Source: an uncultured Desulfospira sp.
GTDB lineage: Bacteria; Desulfobacterota; Desulfobacteria; Desulfobacterales; Desulfobacteraceae
Direction: 5' to 3'
Assembly: GCA_963663165.1 (NCBI GenBank)
Contig: OY760175.1
Location: forward strand, 5,568,001 to 5,632,000
DNA length: 64,000 bases
Made by a program: the position numbers and the translations under genes
Notes under the pieces: model-generated
Told to the model about the DNA's origin: nothing
Databases searched by the model: none
The model's input: the letters and a program-made list of their open reading frames with translations, nothing else
In this document: one piece after another, positions 29,470 through 39,948 of the stretch
How positions within the stretch are numbered: position 1 is the first letter of the stretch
Layout: every line of letters begins with the position of its first letter

Positions 29470-30189
29470 TCAGCTATTATTTTTCCTTTTAATTCCGACA
29501 AGGCTTATAAGACCTGCGCAAAGTAGGCAAAATCCCCCAGGCAGTGGGGTCGAAAGATAGCCTGAACATACGGCGATTCCATAGAAATAAACATCAGTTT
29601 GAACATATCCCTGGTATCCCACTCCAAAAGCAAAGGTCCAGGCCGAATCGGTTACATAACCAGACGGTGTCCCCGACCAATATTGATGGCTCGTTAAGTT
29701 TATGAAAGATCCTTTATTTATTAATCCTGATCCATCTTGAGGCGTTGCGTCAGGCCCCATATAAGACAAGTTCCCAAGGGCCGTATGAAACAAGTATCCC
29801 ATCTCACTTGAGGTGATATTGTATCCGCAGGTTGTTGTCCCGTCATAACCATTTTCAAAGGGACCGTCCACGGTTTCGGGCAGTCGCCACTCCCCGGTCC
29901 AGGTCATGGAGAAACCCTGAAAAAACATAATGTTAAGTTCACCGGGTTCGTTTAAACTTTCGGCCCAACTGACCTGGTCCTCATAATTGGTTCGTTCATG
30001 GGTATAATCCAGCCAAGTAATCTGCTGGACATCATCATAAATTAAATTATATGCGCCGGTATTTGAACTTCCATCATTGTAATAGGCCATGCCGATCTGG
30101 ATCAAACTTGCCTGACACAGGCCAACGGCACCTGTAAGGATTAAAACAATCATGACCCCTGTTAGGATATTTTTTTTCATTTTGATCAT
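29470..30189 (-). CDS. Secreted Lcl/DUF1566-like protein with PEP-CTERM/VPLPA-like sorting tail
   Basis: WRLP, YWSGT motifs; C-terminal TPLPGG-hydrophobic-KRK. Confidence 0.75.
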   Translation of the reverse strand: MIKMKKNILTGVMIVLILTGAVGLCQASLIQIGMAYYNDGSSNTGAYNLIYDDVQQITWLDYTHERTNYEDQVSWAESLNEPGELNIMFFQGFSMTWTGEWRLPETVDGPFENGYDGTTTCGYNITSSEMGYLFHTALGNLSYMGPDATPQDGSGLINKGSFINLTSHQYWSGTPSGYVTDSAWTFAFGVGYQGYVQTDVYFYGIAVCSGYLSTPLPGGFCLLCAGLISLVGIKRKNNS

Positions 30190-30216
30190 GCTCCCGAATT
30201 AAAGGTGAAACTGATT

Positions 30217-30936
30217 TTAATTGCGCACCGGCCAGATGTTCCTGGTTAATGTCTTGGCATTATAAACCTCTTGGCCGTTTCCCAAATTTATAGACCATGC
30301 GTTTTGATCGCTACCTGCTTTTGTTGTACTCGACCAGTAAGAAGAAGACTGAATTTGATTAAATGGTCCTCTTACTTCACTCCATTGTGAAGTCCCTCCA
30401 GTGTCCGGAATACAGGGATTGATATAAGCAATACAAATCAGACTCCCTAGTTCCGTCAGATTGGGAAGACGCCAGGAACCGGCTGCCGATCCGTCCGTCA
30501 GGGTTGTGCCGTTTTCTGAAAGGTCGTTGCATAAAGCCAGGGCTTCAGACCATGTTTTGGCTTCGCTGAAATGGAAGGCATTTTTTAGCCAAATCAATCC
30601 GGTCAAATTATCGGTTACAGTTCCATCGTTGTTATCTGTAAATCGAGGGACTGGCCATGATTTTCCTCTTTGTAAATGCCCGTCATCGTATCTGTCAGCA
30701 AACATTTGAAATTGCCCAGTCTTGGGGACAGGTGCTCCGGCGCAGTTTGACAGGTAAAGCTCATTTGCAAGAGATCCTACATTATTTTTTATCAGTTCAT
30801 TTTGAGTATATATATCACTTAGTGTTCTCATGGTTGAATTCGGTGACTCTGAGGGATTTAAATCGCCAGCAAAGAGTGGCCCAGGTAAAATAAAAACCAA
30901 CAGCAAGAAGCATAAAAATGTTTTGGAGTGTATCAT
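30217..30936 (-). CDS. Secreted DUF1566 (Lcl C-terminal domain) protein
   Basis: RFTDNNDGTVTDNLTGLIW, WRLPN..EL, YWSST. Confidence 0.85.
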   Translation of the reverse strand: MIHSKTFLCFLLLVFILPGPLFAGDLNPSESPNSTMRTLSDIYTQNELIKNNVGSLANELYLSNCAGAPVPKTGQFQMFADRYDDGHLQRGKSWPVPRFTDNNDGTVTDNLTGLIWLKNAFHFSEAKTWSEALALCNDLSENGTTLTDGSAAGSWRLPNLTELGSLICIAYINPCIPDTGGTSQWSEVRGPFNQIQSSSYWSSTTKAGSDQNAWSINLGNGQEVYNAKTLTRNIWPVRN

Positions 30937-31216
30937 GACATCTCCTTTATGATGAATGAGTTGAAGCATTATTGGTGCCCTCCCCGAACAGGCCAGACAT
31001 AGGCACCGTCATTGGTAGGAACTTTTCTGAAACCATTTATACTCCCTTCAGCCATTTCTACGGCCCAGGCCATATCCGTATTGTTTATGTATGTTGAGTT
31101 TGTCCAATACCAGTCGGATTGAACATTATTGAAGATATTGCCTTCAGCCCATTGCCCGGCCCCGGATTGGTTCGAAATGCACGGGTTTGAGTAATTTAGG
31201 TTTAGAAGGCTTTTTA

Positions 31217-32595
31217 GGGCCTCAGAAAAATTAATATCCACAATTCCATAGTCTGAATTCTGATTTCTATAGACAACATGGAATCGATAGTTTATGGTCA
31301 ACATGGAAGATTACATAAAAATACAGGAGGACCATGTTTGATCATTCTAAGCACAATTTACCCAAAACTATATCGGAATTAACGCCACCACTAAAGGATT
31401 TTCTGAATACCACTCGAAGCAAATTAAAAGGCCATGAACGGCGCCAATTCATGGCACGCGTTGTCTCCCTTATGGGGCACGGCGGACAACTAAAGGCTGA
31501 AAGAGAACTGGGTTGGGATCGGAAAACAATAATCAAAGGGCGACGGGAAATAGAAAGCGGAGTTACCTGTGTTGATAATTTTTCCGGACGAGGCCGGAAA
31601 TCGTGTTTAGAACATTTTCCGAATTTAAAAGAGGACATAACTCGTATTGTAAACCCTATATGTCAGACTGATCCTACATTCCGTACCCAGAATTTATATT
31701 CCCCAATATCTGCGAATGAAGTATTCCGTCGATTAGTTGACGACATGGGATATGACCCTGAGAATATGCCAACAGTACGGACTCTATCCACCATAATGAA
31801 TAAATTGGGTTTTAAACTGAAGAAGGTCGCCAAAGCCAAGGTAAAAAAAAATTCCTGAAACAGACATCATTTTTGAATATGTGCATAGGACAAACCAACT
31901 AGCCGATGAAACAGATGGCGTTTTACGTATCTCAATGGACGCAAAAGCCACTATTAAAATAGGGCCTTATTCCCGAGGCGGATATAGTCGTTGCAATCTT
32001 AAAGCGGCGGACCATGATTTTAAACCCGATTCCCTTTTGAAACTTTTCGGTATCAACATACCTGCTCTGGATGAAAATTATATGTACATCACTGAAAGCA
32101 ACATCACCTCTGATTTCATGATTGATGCGCTGGAATCACTCTGGCCTTCTTTGAACGCAAGATTCGCCCCACATACACTGGTGATCAATCTTGATAATGG
32201 GCCGGAAAATAGTAGCCGAAGGAGCCAATTCATTAGTCGCCTCGTGGACTTTGCCAAATCAGCATTTGTAAATATTAGTTTGGTGTACTATCCCCCGTAC
32301 CACAGTAAATACAACCCAATAGAGCGAGTTTGGGGTGTTTTGGAAAATCATTGGAAAGGCGAATTGCTGAACAAAATTGAAAAGGTTCTCGGTCTATGTC
32401 GAACAATGACATGGAAAGGAGAAAATCCTGTCGTCAAATTAATCAAAGGTGTTTACCCGACAGGGGTACGTTTGGTCAAGTCCGCCGTGAATAATATAGA
32501 AAACAAAATTATTCGGATTCCAGGGATTGAAAAATGGGCTGTTGATATTCCATGCTATGAGGAATGAATTGTGGGTTTTGATTTTACCACATCCC
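31217..32595 (+). mobile_element. ISAzo13-family IS copy 2 (intact, 1379 bp)
   Basis: Terminal IRs and TTA duplication. Confidence 0.9.
31334..32567 (+). CDS. ISAzo13 transposase, two frames joined at an A9 run
   Basis: ORFs 31334-31858 and about 31851-32567; same A9 junction in both copies. Confidence 0.85.
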
Positions 32596-33089
32596 TTAAC
32601 TCTGATCTATTGGGAAGGCGCCAGTCTCCGGCCAGAGATCCGTCTGTTAAATCAGCATTGCTGGCGGCGGAAAGGCTGCTGCAAAAATCTATTGCCCCTT
32701 GCCAGGTCGATTCAAGTTGATTGGCATTTCTCATCCACACAAGATTGGTAAGGTTATCCGTGATTGTTCCATCACCATTGTCTGTGAATCTTACGGATTC
32801 GGGCTGAACCCCTATGCGAAGCTCACCATCGTCCCTGTCGCCATATGATGTAGACTGGCCTGTCGCAGGGACAGGTGCTTCAGGGCAGTCCAATGCGGTG
32901 TTGAGGGTATCTAATATTTCTTCATTTTGGTTAAATATGTCCTCCAGACTATTCATGGTTGAACCGGGCGGTCCAGATGGATCTAAATCTCCTGCTGTAA
33001 TGGTTGACGATAGTGCCGTGATTAAAAGAATAACGGCCATCTTAATTTTGAGATGCTTCATAATCGTTCTCCTTAACCTATGAAATTTA

Positions 33090-34781
33090 GTAACTACTCA
33101 CCCCGGTCAAAATCGACACCGGGGATTTCACCTGCCAAAGCAAGCTGAATGGCAACAAGAGGATTCACGCCTTTGTTTGCCATGGTTTGCAGGTAGCTTG
33201 AAATTCGACAATAAGCATGAGCATATTGCTGACATCGAAAACAACCTGATATTTTCTGTTTTACCTTTGCCATCCGAAGATCGCGTTCTGCCCGATTATT
33301 AGTGAATGGAACATATGGGTCCTTGGCAAACAGCAAAACGGCCGCTTCATTATTTTTAAGCCTTTCCCACAAATTATGGGCATCTGATTTGGCCATTTTA
33401 CCGCGTTTGCCTTTTGGTTTTGGCGGGATTTCCGGCAGCTCTTTATCACCTCGTGTAAGAATGTTACGGAATCGTTTTTGCAAATTAGCGTATTCTTTAT
33501 CTGCCAAACACTTTTCTTCCCGCTTTGCTACTTTATGACAAGTTTCCTGTAAAAGCTTTTTCATATTAGCAGCCCACCTGTACTGATTGGATTCAACAAT
33601 AAATGTCAGTTCCCTCAATAGATGGGAACCACAAAGTCCATGTCCACAATGATCGTACGACAGGTATGATGCCCAGCAATCGTGGATTATTACCCCGCCA
33701 TAGCGGGGAATAATATTCAAATCGACTATCGCCTCCTTGCCTCGCTTTCGGTGAAGTAGCTTCAAGGTGGTGCCTCCGGAGGAATACACATGTATCCAGT
33801 GATTTTTTCGATCCACCCGAAAGGATGTCTCGTCAACATGAATTGATGGGGCCTGAAGAATGTCTTCTATCGATTTGACCTCCCACCTTTCAAGTGCTTG
33901 ATAAAGTCGCCAGACAAACTTTAGAAGGGTTGCTTCTGAAATTACCACACCGATCATTGCAGAAATCTGCTTTTGAACTCGGTTGAGTGCAACCATTTGG
34001 CTGATGATCAAGTGAATGACAAATGCTTTGAGTCCATTCCCATATTGCAGAGGGCCTGGCATATCCTCTGGAAATTGTCCTTTGACCGTCGTGTTACAGT
34101 TGGGGCACTCTTTGATTTCGGCATCAACATGATCCACGACTTTTTCAAAAATGATATCTATTTTGGTACGCCGCTCATATCCCTGGCAGGGTGCTTGATC
34201 AAGCGGCTGACCACATACATTACATGTTACAGCTTGCGCAACGGTGACGGTTGATTTTGTGCGGGCACTGCTAAGCTTACCGCTGACCTCTTTGCCCTTT
34301 CCTTTATTTCCAGGATCTGATTTGGAGGTCTCATCCTTAGATGTTTGTGAAGACGGTAGACTTGAGTTTTTGTTATCTTTGCGGGTCTTTTTCTCAAGGA
34401 AGATAGATAGTATCAATTCAACAATAAGGAGCATGCTGTTCATCAGAGCCCGCATCTCAGGAGATACTTTGCCCTCAGCACAAAGATTTTCAAAATCCTT
34501 TTTTAGACGGGCTATTTCTTCCCGAACACTATTTTTATCTACCGTTGCCATGTCAGCATTATAACACGGGTTTTTGGCGGCTCGAGATTTGCTCTATAGC
34601 GGATTTTCTATGTATTCGGCATCATCTGTCATGATTTTACGGTAAATTTCTGGATAAATAAGCGCCAGCATGCTTTAATAAAGGATTTGGTGACCATTTA
34701 AAAAATTTTAAAATTGACCTCAAAAAACCTGTCAAGTCTTTTTTTTAAATTTTTACATTTTTTTATGGGGTGAGTAGTTAC
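33090..34781 (-). mobile_element. IS66-family element (single-ORF type)
   Basis: GTAACTACTCACCCC IRs; 8-bp duplication GAAATTTA. Confidence 0.92.
33094..34551 (-). CDS. IS66-family transposase
   Basis: NSSLPSS, Zn ribbon, HVDET, C..HLLREL, TNNRAERDLR. Confidence 0.92.
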   Translation of the reverse strand: MATVDKNSVREEIARLKKDFENLCAEGKVSPEMRALMNSMLLIVELILSIFLEKKTRKDNKNSSLPSSQTSKDETSKSDPGNKGKGKEVSGKLSSARTKSTVTVAQAVTCNVCGQPLDQAPCQGYERRTKIDIIFEKVVDHVDAEIKECPNCNTTVKGQFPEDMPGPLQYGNGLKAFVIHLIISQMVALNRVQKQISAMIGVVISEATLLKFVWRLYQALERWEVKSIEDILQAPSIHVDETSFRVDRKNHWIHVYSSGGTTLKLLHRKRGKEAIVDLNIIPRYGGVIIHDCWASYLSYDHCGHGLCGSHLLRELTFIVESNQYRWAANMKKLLQETCHKVAKREEKCLADKEYANLQKRFRNILTRGDKELPEIPPKPKGKRGKMAKSDAHNLWERLKNNEAAVLLFAKDPYVPFTNNRAERDLRMAKVKQKISGCFRCQQYAHAYCRISSYLQTMANKGVNPLVAIQLALAGEIPGVDFDRGE

Positions 34782-34924
34782 GAAATTTAAATGGTTTTGC
34801 CATGAAATCCGTTAAGCTTTAACTGTTTGTAATCCTAAATTTGTAATGCACTATTTTTAAATCTTTTCCTTTCAATTGGTGGCTGCCATCAAATCCCGTA
34901 TCTTTTTCTGTCGTTTCATTCAAA

Positions 34925-35051
34925 AAAGAACGACAAGCTCAGCCGACCGGGGCAAATTGCCGAGCGCGTTGTAAAAGCCCAATCCTTTCAAAAATCAAGG
35001 TCTTTCAAAAGTCGCTAGGCCCCCCGGGTCGGCTGGAGCGGCTTGTTAGCT
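34925..35051 (-). repeat. attC site
   Basis: AAAGAAC...GTTAGCT. Confidence 0.9.
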
Positions 35052-35054
35052 GAA

Positions 35055-35426
35055 TCATAGCTTTTTTACGTTTATGGTTTTATCGCATATCACTCCAATT
35101 AGTGATGTTATTAATCCCAGAACAAGACTACCGCCAATTGCGTATAGCGGAATAAAAATAAATATAAGGCCAGCTGTAGATGAACCAGTTTTAGTTGCCC
35201 ACCAATCAAAAAACCATGCGAAATGACTAAAAAAGACTATGATGGTCGCACCTGTAGCGAATCCAATACCCCCCAATTTATTGGCATAGCTTTTGCTTTT
35301 AAAGCTACTCTTCAATACTATATATCCAAGAACAAGAGGGACCATATTCCAAAAAGCAAAAGGGTTAATTGGTATTCCCTCCAAAATATATACAGAAACA
35401 CAAAGAATGATGAAAACTATTGTCAA
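35055..35426 (-). CDS. Membrane protein (duplicate cassette)
   Basis: Identical protein to 26736-27107. Confidence 0.75.
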   Translation of the reverse strand: MTIVFIILCVSVYILEGIPINPFAFWNMVPLVLGYIVLKSSFKSKSYANKLGGIGFATGATIIVFFSHFAWFFDWWATKTGSSTAGLIFIFIPLYAIGGSLVLGLITSLIGVICDKTINVKKL

Positions 35427-35481
35427 TAAATTTCCTTTTTTCCCATTGTATGTTTAATGATATCCATGGTCGATTTTAACA

Positions 35482-35612
35482 TGCTAACGGGGAGCTCAGC
35501 CGCCCGGGGAACGAAAACCAAGCACTTGCCTGAAGTTAAATTTGTTTCAAAAACCGCGGGCTTTTGAAAAGCCGCTAACCTCCCCGGGGCGGGCTGCAGC
35601 GTTTTGTTCTGA
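35482..35612 (-). repeat. attC site
   Basis: TGCTAAC...GTTCTGA. Confidence 0.9.
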
Positions 35613-35758
35613 TCTATTTTTGAGAATGGTCACAAAAAATCATGGAAAAATTGAAGATAATTTGCAAGATATGTCAGGTTTGAGGCAGAAGTTCCCCTGT
35701 TTATCTCGCAAATAATCGTGAAACTCCTGCCTCCCCACCCAATAACAGGGCAGGAGAT

Positions 35759-36346
35759 ATGCTATCAGAAGTTCTGAAAAACGAAAGTTTTTTTTGGGAT
35801 CTATACAAAATAGATCTGGCAACAGCCGAACGTTATAGACAGATGAAGTGCCCCCACTGCCAGGGACCGTTGTATTATGCCAATTATCCGCGCAAACCCA
35901 GGGGGGAGCCTGAAGGGTTGTCTGAAGAATGTTTTTTACAATTCAGTTTATGTTGCGGAAGGGAAGGCTGTCGACGTCGTTTGATCCCGCCAACCTGCCG
36001 TTTCCTTGGTAAAAACATTTACTGGTATGCGGCCATTCTGACGATTGTGTCCGACTGGCAGAACCAATCTGTAGGTATCACGATGTCCAGGTTTGCTGAA
36101 ACAATCGGTATCTCCCGCAACACCCTTAGCCGCTGGGTCAGCTTATTCAAAGAAATATTTCCAACAAGCTCTCAATGGAAGAAAATCCGGGGCCGAGTAC
36201 CTGCAAGCGTAAAAAATGATCGTCTTCCAGCAAGTTTGGTCAACTTCTATCTGCATCAACAGGCGTCCATCAAAAAAACGTTGATCTCCTGTTTGTCATT
36301 CTTGTCTCAAGGCAGTGAAATATCACAAAAAATAAGGGCCGGGTAA
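35759..36346 (+). CDS. Zn-ribbon + HTH protein
   Basis: CPHC, CC...GCRRR; GISRNTLSRW HTH-like segment. Confidence 0.7.
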   Translation: MLSEVLKNESFFWDLYKIDLATAERYRQMKCPHCQGPLYYANYPRKPRGEPEGLSEECFLQFSLCCGREGCRRRLIPPTCRFLGKNIYWYAAILTIVSDWQNQSVGITMSRFAETIGISRNTLSRWVSLFKEIFPTSSQWKKIRGRVPASVKNDRLPASLVNFYLHQQASIKKTLISCLSFLSQGSEISQKIRAG

Positions 36347-36461
36347 TCTCACGCAGAAGATGGGCGTGGCCTTGGGCGCTCAACTGTTCTATCAAAGGGG
36401 CCGGGATTTTTATCAGCATTTCGCTGAAAATTTTAACTCAAAATTGAAAGGACCCCGGCCT

Positions 36462-37907
36462 ATGAACAGTAAAAACCAAAGTCCGGTTGATAACTGGGCT
36501 TTGTTTCGCTTCTCAGTCGTTGGCGGTTTGCTGGCAAATCCGCCGGCCAAAGGTGAGCTGCGCAAGGAACTGGAAAAGCTTTCCTATCAGATTTACACCC
36601 ATCCCATCACGAACGAATCAACGGTATTTCATTTTTCAACTATTGAAAGCTGGTATTACAAGGCAAAAAATGCCCAGGACCCCATTATTGCTTTAGGGCG
36701 GAAAGTTCGTTCTGACTATGGCGGTTCAATTGTATTCACACCTGAACTGATCCGGATGCTGGGCAGACAATACCGGACTTATCCGAACTGGAGCTACAAA
36801 CTGCACGCAGATAATTTCGCAGCAGAACTCCAGGAAAAGGAGGCTTCAGTATCGGTACCATCCTATGCCAGTGTCCGGCGGCGGATGATCGAAAGGGGGT
36901 GGACCAGGAAGCCCTCAGCAAAGAAAAAACAGACAGCGGGTATGAAAATTGCCGCAAAGCGGTTCGAAAGCCATGAAATCCGAGGATACGAAGCAGAATA
37001 TGTTCACAGCCTGTGGCATCTGGATTTTCATGAAGGCAGTCTGCGGGTGGTGGATAACAACGGTAACTGGTATACGCCCAAAGCCTTATGTATTCTTGAC
37101 GACCATTCCCGCCTGTGCTGCCACATCCAATGGTATTCAGGAGAAACCACCCAGGATTTGATTCATGGATTGACCCAGGCATTTTTCAAAAGGGGGCTTC
37201 CCAGGGCACTGATGACGGACAACGGATCTGCCATGACCTCCCATGAGTTTTGCAACGGTCTTAAAAAAACAGGGATACTTCATGAAACGACACTGCCCTA
37301 CAGCCCTTATCAAAACGGTAAGCAGGAAGCCTTTTGGGGAACCCTTGAAGGCAGATTGATGGCCATGCTGACCCGGGTGGACCCTCTGACACTGGAATAT
37401 CTCAATCACAGCAGTCAGGCCTGGGTCGAGATGGAATATAACAAAACCAGGCATAGTGACATCGGCACATCTCCTGTTCAACGCATGCTTGAAGGCAAAG
37501 ATGTTTCCCGGCCGGCACCGGATGAAGAGCAACTGAGGTTCGCCTTTACAGTCTGCGAATCCAGAAATCAGCGAAAATCTGACGGTACCGTGTCCATCAA
37601 CGGGGTAAGATTTGAGATCCCTTCCCGGTTTCACCATATCCCTCGGTTACATGTCTGCTTTGCCAATTGGGATAAATCCATGGCCTGGCTCATGGACCAG
37701 AGAACCGGCAAACAGATTGCGCAGATCTACCCCCAGGACAAAATCAAAAATGCTTCAGGAAAACGAAAGATCAAGTCGAGACCTGAGCATACCATTCTAC
37801 CGGATGAAACATTGAAAGAATCCGAGCCTGCATTATTAAGAAAACTGATGGCCGAGTATGCCCAAAGCGGCATGCCTCCAGCCTATCTTCCCAAAGGAGA
37901 ATCATGA
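36462..37907 (+). CDS. DDE integrase/transposase (rve core, Mu-like C-terminus)
   Basis: WHLDF, LDDHSR, TDNG, PYQNGKQE, YN..H; start chosen after AAAGGA RBS. Confidence 0.88.
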   Translation: MNSKNQSPVDNWALFRFSVVGGLLANPPAKGELRKELEKLSYQIYTHPITNESTVFHFSTIESWYYKAKNAQDPIIALGRKVRSDYGGSIVFTPELIRMLGRQYRTYPNWSYKLHADNFAAELQEKEASVSVPSYASVRRRMIERGWTRKPSAKKKQTAGMKIAAKRFESHEIRGYEAEYVHSLWHLDFHEGSLRVVDNNGNWYTPKALCILDDHSRLCCHIQWYSGETTQDLIHGLTQAFFKRGLPRALMTDNGSAMTSHEFCNGLKKTGILHETTLPYSPYQNGKQEAFWGTLEGRLMAMLTRVDPLTLEYLNHSSQAWVEMEYNKTRHSDIGTSPVQRMLEGKDVSRPAPDEEQLRFAFTVCESRNQRKSDGTVSINGVRFEIPSRFHHIPRLHVCFANWDKSMAWLMDQRTGKQIAQIYPQDKIKNASGKRKIKSRPEHTILPDETLKESEPALLRKLMAEYAQSGMPPAYLPKGES

Positions 37908-38731
37908 ACAACAAACAGCTTCTGGCTTATTACGGCCTTAAATGGAACCCTTTTTTTCCTAATATCCCCGTGGAAGCCTTATGGCATCCGCCATTGATGA
38001 ACAGTTTTATTTTTCGTCTTGAGAATATGACCCTGAACGGGGGCTTTGCTTTGATCAGCGGGGACCCCGGCCTTGGCAAATCCAAGGCGTTGCAGATGAT
38101 TGCCCAAAAGTTCGGTAAACTTGACGAGGTAGTTGTCGGGGTAATGGAACGTCCCCAAAGCAGTGTCGGAGACTTTTACCGGGAAATGGGAGTTTTGTTT
38201 GGTGTCAATTTGAGCCCTGCCAACCGGTACGGCGGGTTCAAGGATCTTCGGGAGCGCTGGAAAAGTCATGTAAAAACCACCTTGTTCCGGCCCATCCTGC
38301 TCATAGATGAGGCCCAGGAGATGCTGACCGGATGCTTAAATGAACTGCGTTTGTTGAACAGCGCGGACTTTGACTCCCAAAACCTGTTGACCACCGTGAT
38401 TTGCGGCGATGACCGGCTCCCGGAACGGTTCAGATCAAGATCCCTGGTATCGCTGGGAAGCCGGATGCAGTTCCGGCTGACGCTGCTTCCCTATGTCCGG
38501 GATGACCTGCTGGATTACATGGATCACAGCCTGAACCAGGCCGGCGCCCCGCACTTAATGACGAAAACTCTGATCAGGACCCTTGCAGACCATTGCGCCG
38601 GCAACCTGCGGGTTCTTAACAATATGGCCGCAGACCTGCTGACTGCGGGGATTGAAAAAGAACTCAATCAATTGGACGAAAAGCTTTTTATGGAAGTCTA
38701 TTCCAGACAGCCGCCCAATAAAAAATCATAG
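37904..38731 (+). CDS. ExeA-like AAA ATPase
   Basis: YYGLKWNPF, GDPGLGKS, LLIDEAQ, GNLRVLNN. Confidence 0.88.
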   Translation: MNNKQLLAYYGLKWNPFFPNIPVEALWHPPLMNSFIFRLENMTLNGGFALISGDPGLGKSKALQMIAQKFGKLDEVVVGVMERPQSSVGDFYREMGVLFGVNLSPANRYGGFKDLRERWKSHVKTTLFRPILLIDEAQEMLTGCLNELRLLNSADFDSQNLLTTVICGDDRLPERFRSRSLVSLGSRMQFRLTLLPYVRDDLLDYMDHSLNQAGAPHLMTKTLIRTLADHCAGNLRVLNNMAADLLTAGIEKELNQLDEKLFMEVYSRQPPNKKS

Positions 38732-38740
38732 GAGAACAAT

Positions 38741-38923
38741 ATGGGTATTTATGATGATCCGGACATGAAACTGGAAGAAATCACACAGGAATTGGAACAT
38801 TTTATCCTGGATATGGTCCTTGCCGGACTTGAAAGCTTGAATATGGAATATCGGGCCTTCAGGCGATTCCAGAAACAAAGGCTCACGGAAAAGAACCGTC
38901 ATAAAGAACACGAGCCGTTTTGA
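38741..38923 (+). CDS. Small hypothetical protein
   Basis: AGGAG RBS, operonic position. Confidence 0.6.
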   Translation: MGIYDDPDMKLEEITQELEHFILDMVLAGLESLNMEYRAFRRFQKQRLTEKNRHKEHEPF

Positions 38924-38960
38924 ACGTACGCCCGGACTCCAAAGGTCCGGGCCTGCCTCA

Positions 38961-39749
38961 ATGGAAAAAATACTTTGGAAAATCGGCAATTATTTTAAGC
39001 ACCGCTTCAGCCTGGCAGTTCTTGATGAAATTAAGGGCCGGTGGCCCGTTCTCCCCTCTTGTAAAAACATCCCTTATCTTAAAGCTGAAAATGCCGGAGG
39101 AAGGCACATCCTGATCAGACCTGATCCTGTTATTCAGCCTTATTATTTTCTTGCCGACGATTTAAACATTGACCTGCTTATCCGGCATCATCAATCCATA
39201 TCAAACCGCTTTAAACCAGGCAGGATGGTTATAGAAACATCTCCCGGCAATTATCAAATTTGGATTCACAGTGACCGTCCGTTAAGCCTTCCCGAAAAAA
39301 AGTATTGGTTGGAAAACATGCACAGTGATCCCGGCGCCGACCCGAAAAACAGGTGGGGCAGATGCCCCGGGTTCAGGAACAGAAAAGCAAAACACAGAAC
39401 GCCTTCAGGACAATACCCTTTGGCAAAGCTATTATGGGTGGACTGGAAATGCCAGGCTATTGTCCCTGAAATAGAATTATCCTCCCAACCTCAAGAAGTC
39501 TTTTCCCATCAACCCCGGGGGGGAGTGTGCCATAACGGTAATATTTCCCGCTCCCTCTATGATAAGGGTGACGAATCTGCCACTGATTTTGCATATGCTC
39601 TGGCCCTCTATAGAAGAGGTTTCTCACGAATGGAAATTTACAATCGCATTATCAATGAAAGGCAGGATTGGATTAATCATGCGGGTGAACGAAAAAAAAC
39701 ACAGTATCTGATCAGGACATTACAGAAAGCTGAAAAAATTATCAGTTAA
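38961..39749 (+). CDS. RepB-type DNA primase domain protein
   Basis: LADDL, IETSPGNYQIW, GRCPGFRN.K and C-terminal DES..DFAYA helical domain. Confidence 0.78.
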   Translation: MEKILWKIGNYFKHRFSLAVLDEIKGRWPVLPSCKNIPYLKAENAGGRHILIRPDPVIQPYYFLADDLNIDLLIRHHQSISNRFKPGRMVIETSPGNYQIWIHSDRPLSLPEKKYWLENMHSDPGADPKNRWGRCPGFRNRKAKHRTPSGQYPLAKLLWVDWKCQAIVPEIELSSQPQEVFSHQPRGGVCHNGNISRSLYDKGDESATDFAYALALYRRGFSRMEIYNRIINERQDWINHAGERKKTQYLIRTLQKAEKIIS

Positions 39750-39948
39750 AATCGGGCTCTCTTGGCCTCCGGGAAAGCCCTTATTTACCATGAAACGTTG
39801 TCCATGAATTATCGTGATTGCTCTCATTTTCACCTGGGATGCTTAACAGGATTTACCCTGAGTAGGAGGTCTCGGCTCATAAAGCCGAAACCTCCGACAG
39901 CACCTCGCCCCCCACCTTAAAAGATAGGGTCCAGGGAGTTGCCTCTGA

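Larger units (their letters stand above)
30969..33061 (-). pseudogene. DUF1566 protein split by ISAzo13 copy 2
   Basis: 33061-32596 (..WRLPNRSEL) continues at about 31213-30969 (..WYWTNST..VWPVRGG); paralog of 30217-30936. Confidence 0.85.
35621..39826 (+). mobile_element. TG..CA transposon encoding Zn-ribbon protein, DDE transposase, AAA ATPase, small protein and RepB-type primase
   Basis: Imperfect IRs TGAGAatggTCACaaaaaaTCATGGA / TGAGAgcaaTCACgataatTCATGGA; TTTT on both flanks; genes oppose the cassette orientation. Confidence 0.8.
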
